The translations under genes were made by a program, and so were the position numbers. DNA of 64,000 nt from Eledone cirrhosa (Eukaryota), in the NCBI GenBank assembly GCA_964016885.1, contig OZ024743.1, positions 155,744,001-155,808,000 on the forward strand, in the 5' to 3' direction. Shown here in pieces: positions 1-11,385 of the stretch (positions within the stretch are counted from its first letter, which is position 1; every line of letters begins with the position of its first letter). A model generated the notes under the pieces. That model was not told where the DNA came from, searched no databases, and was given only the letters and a program-made list of their open reading frames with translations.

Positions 1-250
1 AACAACTTTCGAGATGTTACCATCTGACGGAATGCTCATGTCAATTAAGAAACATGTTTGATCTGTATGGCCCTTCACAATGGTATCAGGTATGTTGGCT
101 TTCATTGTTCTGTCAGTATTCACAGGGATATCCCACAGGATTGTTGCTTTCTCTCTTTCTGCACATTATAGCGTGTAAGTATTTTACCAATCTATCATGG
201 CTTGTTTTATATTCCTGGGCAGCTAATATATTGCAACCTGAAACCAGGTG
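1..250 (-). mobile_element. R4/Dong-like non-LTR retrotransposon fragment (zinc-knuckle end and restriction-like endonuclease), runs off the window
   Basis: Minus-strand translation HLVSGC..EYKTSHDRLVKYLH / ATILWDIPVNTDRTMKANIPDTIVK..TCFLIDMSIPSD matches the RHD and PD..D motifs of REL endonucleases; frameshifted. Confidence 0.75.
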
Positions 251-1495
251 GCTCTATGGAAACTTCTCGCTTGCAATAAACTACATCACCCAATGGCAGA
301 CATGAGTCACATCGCTCTCCCTATAGAAAGTGGAGGAAAAGGAATGATCCACCTTGAGCCGAATAATAGAACACAACAAACAACAACTGCATTTGAACAA
401 TACCTTAAATCTACAGATGGCTGAAGTTTGAAAATGGTTGCAGATCTTGAAGTGAAAAAGAATGTTCATTCAATCACGAAAAAAACTGAGAGATTTTGTG
501 GAACAATTGGGAATGCATTTTGAAAAGATTGATGATTCTGAAATTAAAACTGCAAAGAACATCAGAATGTTGTCAATAAATGACGGTCAAGGGACATTGT
601 GCGCCAAATGGGAGCTACATTCACTGTATGGGGCGTATATTTTCCGTTTCGAAGATTCTGATGTATATCGAACACTCACCGGTCAGTGGCTGTAGATATC
701 TGGGCTAAACGCAATGAGTGATGGTATCATTTTGACTGCTCAACACCAGTGTCTTTCAACGCGCAACTTTCAAAGCGATCTGATAAGAAATGAGACTGAA
801 CCAAGGTATCGAGTTTGCTATGAGCATTTTGAGACCATTAACCACTTGCTTTAGGCTTTAAATTATAAAATCTGGCATGACAGAATAGGGCAATATTGAT
901 ACTGGGTAATACTCATGTTTTATGGGGTAAAATCAGGGGAAAAATGGCACAGGCATATCGAGATGACGGTACAGGAGACTGGAGTGTGACAATCGTATGA
1001 GGATTTCTTGTGAACAAGGACAGCACGTTTAAATCCAATAGACAATATTATTATGAAAGACCGAAAAAATGTAACAATTTTTAATTGACATAGTCATTTC
1101 ATCACATCGTAACATCTCATGGAAGATATCCTAAAACTCAGTAACTATTAAGATCTGTAAATTGTAATTGAGAACATATGGCATCTTAAAATCTTTACAA
1201 TGCCAGTGGCAATCAGTGCTCTTAGAAAGATAAAAAGGCAAACAAAAAGATATTTCGACAAAATTTCTGTAAACCCATCTCTCCACGTAATACAGAAAAC
1301 AGCGCTGGCTGGCACAATCCATGTCCTGAGAAGGGCATTATCAATTTATGCAACTTACAAAAAGGTTTACTGCTTTGTTCATTGGTATTATTGGTATTAT
1401 TCGTGTTCCAATTGATTGTTAAAAGCATATATTACCAAACTGTGTATGGGGTGTCACGTTGATATTCGGTAAGATATGGAAAAGAAAGATAATTC
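250..1495 (+). mobile_element. R4/Dong-like non-LTR retrotransposon, 5'-truncated and decayed
   Basis: KLHHPMAD..LPIESGGKGM (thumb), AQHQCLSTRNF..RVCYEHFETINHLL (decayed zinc knuckle), WHDRIGQY, and C-terminal IQKTALAGTIHVLRRAL typical of the R4 clade; several stops and frameshifts. Confidence 0.8.
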
Positions 1496-1559
1496 AAAGA
1501 CGTTCAACGTAATAATAATGGTTCTTGATTTAGGCATCAGTCTTTACGTCACTGATACT

Positions 1560-1650
1560 TTAATTAATACAACCCCTAAGAATGAAAGGCAAAGGTAACC
1601 TCAGAGTCAGTTTAACTCAGTACATAAAGGAGTGTAACTATGTGCTGCAA
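1560..1650 (-). mobile_element. Partial copy of the recurring SINE
   Basis: cccctaagaatgaaaggcaaaggtaacctc resembles the reverse complement of the SINE core at 32700-32760. Confidence 0.5.
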
Positions 1651-2114
1651 AGACAGAGGAGGGAGCACAGGTGTGGAGAGCGCCTATTTATTAATCCCAG
1701 CACAGTAATTTTACATATATTTTCAGTGATTCAAATTATGATATGTGTATTTTAATATATGTTCTTCTATTTCTTTTGGTCCCTGTGTTTTTTACATAAA
1801 ATTATGTATATACAGCACGTTTATGTCTGTGTGAGTTACTTTCTCGTGACATGTCATTGGGCAAGGGTTTATGTCCTTAATTATATGCGCCTGTATTCAA
1901 CTGCTAGGACTATCGCCAGTAGTCACTATATAAAAATGTCTCCACAACATTATTTATTCCTTTTGTGAATGTCATAAGCATGATCACTTTACAAGTAATA
2001 TATTTCACAACTCCTTTATTTTTGCTTTATATAATGAATTTTGATAATTTATTTTCAATTACAATCCTGAATTTCATCAGAATTAAAACTAGCTTACACT
2101 TTGTCCCTATTATG

Positions 2115-2225
<111 letters not shown>

Positions 2226-2279
2226 ACCTCTCTCTATCTACCTCCCTCTCTCTCTGATGTGTAACTATTTTTATAGCAC

Positions 2280-3570
2280 TGGTGTTGACGCACGCCTCCT
2301 CTTCAAAATATCTATCTATTTTATTTGCAATTTTTACAAATAATATTACAAATGGGAAAGGGGGTAAAGTAGGGCATATCTGGCTTTATGGCAAAGTAGT
2401 GTAAAACATGATAAAATCCATAAATGAAAGCCAAAGGAGGGATAAACAAGGATTCTTGATCCACAGAAGAAAAGGTGGGAGCTTCGGGGGTGCCGGGCCT
2501 ACGGCACGGTGGTGGTGGGTCTGCAACACAAGGACGAGACTGCAAAAGCATTACTACGAACAAAGGTCAACGACACCCGTTGCAACAGACACGCAATCCC
2601 CCGATGTTCCTTCCTCAGACGGGCTGCTGACTTTCCGATCATACGGAGGAACTCTGCAGTACGAGGACCGAGTACGCCTGAGGTCTCCACGCTGAGCGGT
2701 GTGATTCTGAATCGGCTGGACAGTCCCCGGTATTTTTGTTGTGTTCCTTTCCTCAGCGGGGTTTATCACCTATCTGACTACGTTGGAAGCGGAGAGCTAT
2801 CACAGCATATGTTTCTCAGATGAGAGATATGCATTTTTTTAACATGAAGAGTGAAATTCTACCGGGGCGCTTTCCGTTTCCGCTATCGAGTTATGCTCGC
2901 TCCAGTTGTGATGGGAAGCCAACTGCGACCAGACCCAATCTCAATATTGCGTTGAGAGGGTCATGTCGCGGAAACTGGCCTCCGATCTGGTGCCATCACA
3001 TTGGGTGCAGGCCAAACCTTTCAAGGACAAAGCCATAACGGAATTTATGTGGTTCAAACACGCGGAGGCCGTGTGGTTGTGCCACCCGGATGCGAGGGAA
3101 CTCTTCATCAAGAAGGGTAGGGTTAGTGAGAAAGGCAACGAATTGAGGCATGCACCGGTTTCTGGCTGTGAAGCGGATCGGAGACAAACGAGGTGGTGAT
3201 GATCCAATCCAGACTCTATACGGAAGAAGTGAAACCTCCATTTGGTGTAGTCCAAGTATGTTAGACATTCGTATACTGGGAGGAAAGAGAGAAATTACAT
3301 CTGTCCAGTTGGCCAGAGACTGCTCCAACTCTGGGGCCAGGTCACGTTCGGCGTCTTGTTGAGGACATCGCTGATGGGAGAGTGACTTGAAGAGATTGCG
3401 GAAAATTAGGCTGCTAGTGCCAGATCCGACGTGCACCTGAGGCTGAGGCCACCTAATCTCCTTCGGAGCTTCGTCTGTTGCCAGCCGGAGCAGTCAAAAC
3501 TGTCATTGCAAATACGTTCTTCTCAGCGTCGGATGTTGGGATCGAGGTCACCGAGATTATCTACGTGGAG
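2280..3570 (-). mobile_element. CRE-clade (REL) non-LTR retrotransposon 3' fragment, decayed
   Basis: Minus strand CLRSASQPETGACLNSLP, GLAC, GNGKRPG and ETSGVLGPRTAEFL..LLQRVSLTFVRSNA resemble the CRE-clade C-terminal motifs SGAWL..P, DGKRPDG and ETxGxWG..FL.QRLS.AIQRGNA. Confidence 0.75.
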
Positions 3571-4119
3571 ACGACAAGTGTTTTAAGATATGAAATGAAT
3601 ATAGAATTAGTTAATAGATTGTAATTGCTAAACTAATGTCGTATGTGTAGTCTGTCACACAGGGTATGCATTTGCCATACGACTTCAAATTGTTGATATC
3701 TACTGACGAAATCGCATCTAATACACTTACCAATTACTATAAATGTGCCTTTATGCATTTAATCACATGTATTATTGAGTGTGACACACATCCACCAGCG
3801 GTCCAGGTAAATATATTCTCTCTGTTTAGTCGTTCTTCTACACTCTATTCAATGTTTACATGTTCTCTCTGTATAACGCCCTTTTACAATACATTAAACA
3901 TTTGCCAAGCTGAGACAAAGAAGACATTTCATTAGATCGGGTTATGTTATTAATGGATATCGACTTTTAATGCTTTCGTTCAAAAGAATGAAGGTAGAAT
4001 CCACATCTGTAGCCGGTTGCGTTAGAATCCATTAACGCTCCAGTCCAATGCATGTTCCCTGGGTATTAGCTATCGTACCTCCCTGTCTGATTTCTAAAGT
4101 TTGTCTATGCAAAGCCATT

Positions 4120-4600
4120 AAAAATCGAATTGACAACAATCCTGAAATATACAAAATAATCCGTTCATTTCTGAATGTTGATCAGCCCGTTCCAGTTATA
4201 TCAACTAGTGTGGCATCTGTGCAACGGGGGTAACGAATGGTTCTTATGCACTAACAATTGTCATTAATTTCTAACTTGTTTGAATGTTGTTGTTTGAAGA
4301 TATTCGTATAGTTTCATGCCGTAAAATTTCGCATAGCTTTCACAGATAAGCCTTCTATGTAGAAGACACATGAGAACAGCGACTGCTAAACTAATCCTGT
4401 GATAGTCAGTTACACAGGTTTTGTATTTTTATATTACGCAAACGGATAGTACAGGATGAAGAAGTCGTATCTGATCCATTGGCTTGAGTACATGTATTCC
4501 TAAGTGAAGCAGAAATATCTAAGGGTTGCTAATAGGATTCTATAACTATTTTCTACTCGATGTCTATGCAACCTACAAATGCTTGAAATGTTGCCACTCC
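4120..4600. pseudogene. Possible very old hAT-like transposase remnants (pieces on both strands)
   Basis: Plus-strand PEIYKII..VISTSVASVQRG weakly resembles the hAT dimerisation motif; minus-strand GSDTTS..HRISLAV weakly resembles GSDGAS..HRLxLA. Weak similarity only. Confidence 0.25.
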
Positions 4601-4618
4601 CTCAGACAAAAATTAATT

Positions 4619-4651
<33 letters not shown>

Positions 4652-4738
4652 AACAATTGAGATAAGCGGATCAAGTAAAATTCAAACAATTTCTTAAAAT
4701 AAATTAAAAATATAATTTAAATATTTACCTAATTTATT

Positions 4739-4821
4739 TGCTTTTACCGACGGTTTCGCCTTGCAAAAGATTGGAGATCCTAGGGATCTCCAATGGAATT
4801 TGTTCGGATCATCAGAGAGCA
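4739..4821 (-). ncRNA. Type I hammerhead ribozyme motif with extended stem II (probable PLE pLTR)
   Basis: Minus strand: UGCUCU CUGAUGA [51 nt, including the perfect hairpin AUUGGAGAUCC-CUA-GGAUCUCCAAU] GAAA CCGUCGG UA AAAGCA; stem I pairs at 5 of 6 positions. Confidence 0.65.
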
Positions 4822-5123
4822 TTTTCCTTTCCTAGGACAGAAGTCACAAGAACGGCAAAATATATCGCCACCTGCCAGCTAGCACAGGATCGAATGAGGC
4901 CGTAAACTTGACCTATGCATGAACCAGCCCTTAGTAGAAGCAGGAAGTAAACATAGACGTGTTGTCTATCCCGCTACTAAAAATAGCAGCTAAATAAAAC
5001 AATAGATTTGTTCTCAACATAACGGAGGTAATATAAAAGGAGATTAATATCCCTACAGGTACTAAGTACCCCTGGAAATATATGGGGTGTCGATGATACA
5101 GTGGTGTTCCATGGTATTAATTT

Positions 5124-5655
<532 letters not shown>

Positions 5656-5657
<2 letters not shown>

Positions 5658-8600
5658 TCTGGAAAATCCTACTTCAGCGCCTCAAAAGTGGCGCAGCGGT
5701 GACCCTGGCTGTCTGATAGCTATGGTAGCGGGACGCAATGTCCTGTCAGGCTTTACAATGCTACACATATATTAGACTATTGGTCCTAGAGATGATTCAT
5801 CATCATCTAGAGTTCAAAACTAGCTAAACTGAAGAGGTACCGGCCTGCCCGCTGAGCCCGTGGCATGGCGTGATCTTATGGTTAAAACACCAGAAAGAAA
5901 AGGGCCTCAGTACCCTGCGCGTCAATCGGGCAACTTCACGACGGCGGAGTGCAACCCGAGCGACGAGAGGCTGCTAAGAATCACAGGTTCCCGAAAGCCA
6001 CCAAGGAACAGGACTAAACTTGCCATATACACCTACAACTGCAGGTATTTGACAGGGGGCAAGGACTGAACCACCTAAGGGAGGAGAAGTAGAAGATCAG
6101 GTGCAACGTGTTAGGGTTGTGCGAGACAGAAGAAGTAGACGAGTTCACGATGGCAAGATGGATGCGCCGTGAGACTAGGGAAAGCAGAGGGTGCCAGATC
6201 AGTCAGAGGTATAGGGTTCATCGTAAGCAAGGAATGGGCTTCGAATGTCGCTTCTTGCCAGTTCATATCGTCACGGATTGGTGTACTGAACGTGAACCCC
6301 TCAGGGAAGGCCACCCTCAAGATCGTCCAGACCTACGCTCCCACAAGTGACAGCAACAACGATGAAGGGGAACAATTCTATCGCCAGCTAGATACAATGC
6401 TAGCTGTGAAGTCCTCTTACACCGTCGTAATGGGACACTTCAACGCAAAGGTCGGATAAGGACGGCAAGGGGAAGAGTATGTCGGAAGATTCGGCCTAGG
6501 AGAGCGAAATGAGAGAGGAGAGCGTCTGGTCACCATGGCGGAGACGAAACGGCTCTACATCGGAAACAACCTATACAAGAAGAAGTAGGAGAAGATATGG
6601 ACCTGTGTATCGCCAAATTATGAGCACGGAAGCGAAATCGACTACATCTTGGTAAACAAGCGACGCATGCTGCAGGACGTCTCCGTCATAACGCCATTCA
6701 TCACTGGCAGTGATCATCGTCTGATGAGGTCGAAGGTCGTCATCGACCGGGCGAGGGAGAAGAAGGCGCTACATTTGGCGTCGAGGGAGAACGCGTCCGG
6801 GTCTTCAACGAGACGCAGCTCAGGAGGCCATAATGCAGGAAAACTGGCGTCAAGGAGATGGCATAGACTCTGACTACGACTCACTGATAAGGAAACTGAA
6901 GGATTGCTTGAGGAAAGCTAAGCATGTGTGCCCAAGGGAGCGGAAGGGAGGAGTCTCGGAGGAAACTATGAAGTTGCTTGAGAAGAGGAAGATATGAAGT
7001 GGACACCTGAAGATCACCTCGAATATTCCCTTCTCAGCAGAGTGATACGTCAACAACTGAAGAGAGACTCCGAGGCATACAGGATGGAGAAGCTCCTGAA
7101 AGCCGCAAAGGAAAAGAAGAGCCTCAAGAAATGCGAGAGGAACATGACAATGTACAGATCAGAGGTGACGACTCTGAAGAACGGGGCTGGAGTACGGGTC
7201 AGCGTTAAGAGTGAGGTGGAAAAGGTTTGCGAAGACTTCTACACCAAGCTCTTCAAGTCTGCCGGCAATGTGCAGCCGTTTCCGTCACTTCAACAGGAAG
7301 AATGTGTGCCACCCATCCTTGTCGGTGAGGTCAAAAGAGCCGTCGGCTTGATGAAAAGCGGAAATGCACCAGGGAAAGACGGCATAACATCGGAGGTGTT
7401 GAATTCAGGCGGAGAGAAGCTCTAGAAAATCCTCGCCGAGAGATTCACACAATATCTGATCGAACGAAGAATACCCTCGCAGTGGGAAAAGTCGAATACC
7501 ATCTTGCTATAAAATTAGGGCGATAGAGAAGATCTGAAGAACTACCGACCCATATGCCTGCTGTCTCACGTGAACAAGCTGTTCACGAAGATAATCCTGA
7601 ACAGGTTATCGCGTCATCTGGAGGAACAGCAACCGAGAGAGCAGCCGGCTTCCAGAAGAACTACAGCACGATGGACCACATATTTACACTGACACAACTG
7701 TTTGAGCGAGCGAAAGAGTACAAATGCCTGTTTGCGTCGCGTTCGTGGAATACGAGAACGCCTACGACAGCGTCGAAATCAACGCAGTGCTGAACTCGCT
7801 GTAGAGGCGAGGAGTCGAGGCGCAATACGTTCAATTGCTTAGGGAGGCGAGTTCCGGATGCACCACCGACATAGCTCTGTTATCATTACCTGTACGAGTG
7901 CCGGTCGAGAAGGGAGTGAAGCAAGGAGATATGATCTCTCCAAAACTTTTCACCGCGTGTCTAGAGCAGATCATCAGAAGCATTGATTGGCAAGGCGGTG
8001 TCAAATTCAGCGGCGAGATACTTACCTACCTCCGTTTGGCTGATGACATCGTACTCCTCGCTGAATCTACGGAGCATTTTCAGACCATGCTGATGGAGCT
8101 CGACATCAAAAGCTCTGCAGTAGGTCTCAAGATGAACCGCATGAACACGAAGTTCATGCGGTCTGACAACTTACCAATAGGTCGAATGGTGGTTGGCGGT
8201 GATGAAATAGAAGAGGTGGAGGAATACGTCTACATAGGAAAAGAAGTGAACATGCGCCGAGACATTGGGAGATATCTCGGTATGTAAGGGCAGGATGGAA
8301 GGCGTTCAACGGCATAAGGGATGTGCTCAAGTGGAGGTTGGACAAGACCACCCGCGCCAACCTATTCAATAGCACAGTTTTACCTACAATGTTATATGAC
8401 AGTGAAACTTGGGTTACAACGAAGAGAGAAGAGCAGAGGCTGGTAACAGCTCAAAGAGCCATGGAGAGATCAATACTAGGAATCTCGTTGAGAGAGCACT
8501 TCAGGAGCGAAGTCATCAGACAGGAGTCCGGCGTGATGGCCTTCATCACGGAATATATGCGCACCAAGTTCAGATGGGCTGGTTCACCACTAATCGGTTG

Positions 8601-8803
8601 ACCCGTGTAGTTGCCGAGTGGTAACCGTGCGAGCGGAAACGACCACTCGGAAGGCATCCAGGAAGGTGGAGTTACAATTTTAGGAATACAATTGGGACTA
8701 CATGGATGAGGAAAGCACGATCCAGAGAGGAATGGACGGCATACTGTTACCAGCGGCGCCGAATGGACGCCCGACAGACTGGTCGGTCAAGCTGATCAAG
8801 ATG

Positions 8804-8812
<9 letters not shown>
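5656..8812 (+). mobile_element. Near full-length decayed RTE-clade LINE (APE endonuclease and RT) inside (TA)n
   Basis: APE motifs TYNCR, GLCET, QTYAPTS, MGHFNAKVG, EIDYIL, GSDHRL. RT motifs APGKDGI, NYRPICLL, AGFQKNYSTMDH, GVKQGDMISPKLF, LADDIVL, KFRWAG. Short tandem 3' tail (tcaagntga); many stops. Confidence 0.93.
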
Positions 8813-8869
<57 letters not shown>

Positions 8870-8892
8870 GTGTGTGTGTATTAATATATATC

Positions 8893-8933
8893 GACGCCCG
8901 ACAGTCTGATCGGTCAAGGTGATCAAGGTGATA
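8893..8933 (+). repeat. Second copy of the RTE 3' terminal ~40 bp
   Basis: gacgcccgacagtctgatcggtcaaggtgatcaaggtgata matches 8766-8806 with a few substitutions. Confidence 0.8.
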
Positions 8934-8952
8934 CATATATATATATATATAT

Positions 8953-9165
8953 AACCTTGGTCTTCCTCTTCTAGTGTGTCCATGTAGGGGCTCCCAAAGG
9001 AGCACTGAGTGAAATGTCAACTCTGGATGCCGGTGAGCATGTCCAGCCAACCTCAGTCTCCACTGTGTCTGTTGGAGATGCAGGATATGGCAGCGATAAT
9101 GAGGGACAGAGACCGCTGGAGAGAACTCGTCCATGGATCTCGGGAATTTTACCCGCCTTCGATAG

Positions 9166-9168
<3 letters not shown>
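8953..9168. mobile_element. Short RTE-like 3' fragment with an inverted 5' half (same family as 28200-30896)
   Basis: 8953-9066 on the minus strand encodes [36 protein letters not shown] and matches 30800-30896; 9068-9168 on the plus strand encodes MQDMAAIMRDRDRWRELV followed by a (GATA)/(TA) tail. Confidence 0.8.
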
Positions 9169-9202
<34 letters not shown>

Positions 9203-9203
9203 C

Positions 9204-10800
9204 AAGTAGTATCACAACAGTTAGTTCACCATACCGAGAACAGATGTTTCACTTTGCGGATCTTGAGCTCGGTCTGAGTGTGGTTGGGCGGGAAAGGAAA
9301 AAACAACCGTATGAATACGCATGTGCAGAAACGGTCACTTCTCCCAGGCGATATAATTCCACGGTCGAAAGTTGTCAGGGAGATAACTGCGAATGTCCGG
9401 AATAAATTATTCGAGTTGATTAGAATATTAGAATGTGAATGTTATTCAATCCGGAGCTTTGAAATTATGCAAGTGATGTTTGCAGACGTGTGGAACACGT
9501 TACAAAAGATCATTCCTAGAATTAAGGCAATCGCTATTGCCTAATCTCAGAATATTTATCCTTTCTTCAATGCTCTTTGGGCTGTTATTGATGTGGGCTA
9601 TGTTGTAGTAAGGCGCCGCTCTGTCGAATATTGCTTTATTAGAGGAGAGATTAGAGATTCTAGTACCGATATTATTCACGAAGTTTCTAGAATCAGTGGG
9701 AGGGTGGCATGAGTCTTGTGTATGTAATTAAGATTTTCATTTAGTTTATGGAAGGGTCTGAAGGTGTTTGCAAAGGTCTAAATTTATGTTAAGCAATCTA
9801 CGATAGAAAGGTTGGTATCGACCGTTACGCTAAGTCCTAAAAAGTAGAAATTAAAAGTAGAAATTAAATCTTTTTTAAACCGGTCCAGTTGGTGACCACT
9901 TTTATGGCTCGATAGGGTCAGTCTTCATGAGGAAGTCCGAGAATCTATCATGTAATATATATAAAATAAATAAGCCAACCAAGTCGCATACATCAGCACT
10001 ATCGAATGATCCCATTGAGACGTCGAATTTCTGAAGTAGTTGATTTCTTAGTCCAGGCTACTCCGTTGTTGAAATGGAGGGTTTTCCGGCAATGTTCGAT
10101 GATCTCCCTGTCTAAACCATGGACGGTATTGTAAATGGTAGCAAAGTCCAACGCTTTGTTCAATAGGGTCACTTAGATCGACGGGTACAAATTCACAATG
10201 TCGAATTGAGTGAACTTCGCTTTTTTGGAGTTGAAGGAGTTAAACCATTTTATGACGGAGTCGCTGTTCTCCCACTGGGACAAGTTGGACTTGGTCCTAA
10301 TGGTCTTAACTATGTTCGTAAGAATAGTCTTACTGACTAGTCCGATTTCCATGCGTGCCGGGTTTAGTAGTCTACACGTGAGATTTGAAGCAACGTCTAC
10401 CTTGTGATAATTAGAGTGAGAAATACCTCACGCTTTTAAGCATTGACGTTTCTTAGCTACCTTAAGGGCGGCAGCAAGGTCTTTGGATTCTGTATTGTGG
10501 ACTATGCATTGAAGAAAGGTTCAATATTCGGAGGAGTTTACGCAATAACGATTGCGTAAATTCAAGGAATGTTTTTTTTCACGTTGTCCACACGCCTGGA
10601 AACACCACTTGCATAATTACAAAGCTCCGGATTGAATGACATCAACATTCCAATATTATAATCAACTCGAATAATTTGTTCCGGACATTCGCAGTTATCT
10701 CCTTTACATCTTTCGACCGTAGGATTATATTGCCTGGGAGAAATGACCGTTTCTGCGCATGCGTATTCATACGGTTTATTTTCCTTTTCCGTACAACCAC
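9204..10800 (-). mobile_element. Penelope-like element: internally deleted RT flanked by inverted pLTRs
   Basis: Minus strand RLLNPARMEIGLVSK, QFDIVNLYPSI, MGSFDSADVCDLVGLFI. 9279-9500 and 10580-10800 are an inverted repeat. 10495-10635 (+) encodes CGLCIEE..FSRCPH, a PLE endonuclease C-terminus. Confidence 0.85.
9233..9273 (-). ncRNA. Minimal type I hammerhead motif, core mutated (CUCAAGA)
   Basis: ACCGAG CUCAAGA UCCGCAAAGU GAAA CAUCUG UU CUCGGU; perfect 6-bp stem I. The homolog at 22727 keeps CUGAAGA. Confidence 0.6.
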
Positions 10801-11194
10801 ATAAAGAATAGTATATTTTGGTGATACATTTGCCTTGTGTTCCCTATGTGTGTGAAGACTTGATTTTCTTCAGATGTCGATTTGGCGGTTTGGCGGGGTT
10901 ATCATGTGGCTTAGTTTCAGATGGAGAGAAAAAGTTAGTTCACCAATAGTAGAGTTGATAGTAGTAGATGTAAGCTGAACAAGAGATGATGAAAATGATG
11001 GTGGTGAGTCTATTCTTTTTTCATATAATCTGAATGATGTAAACAGTAACTATTTTCTCAAATAATGGCTATTTACACTGCCATTTAATAGGACTTCTAG
11101 GGAGTGGTACCGTAGTTTAGATTTTGGTTACTGCTGTTGATTTTGTTGGTGTAGTTGACTTCTGTTATTTTTACAATTGGTAGCAGTATCGGTT

Positions 11195-11385
11195 GAGTGT
11201 CGGACACCATGCTTCGTACCATAGAGTTATAGCCCTTTACGTTGTGATTTCAAATCACACCGAGGTTAGATTTGCCTTACAGCGTCTATAAAATAAAGTA
11301 CCAGTCATGCACTGATCGATTTAATAAAAAGTTCCCTCCTCCCAAAACTACTGGCCTTGTGCCTAAAAGCAGAAATAATTATTAT
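11195..11385 (+). mobile_element. Diverged copy of the recurring SINE
   Basis: ttcaaatcacaccgagg..aaaataaagtaccagt..ggccttgtgcctaaa..aattattat matches the other copies. Confidence 0.75.

Noticed and set aside
2030-2086. Hammerhead-like CUGAUGA...GAAA on the minus strand
   Set aside because: Stems are short and AU-only and stem I does not pair convincingly; expected by chance in AT-rich DNA.
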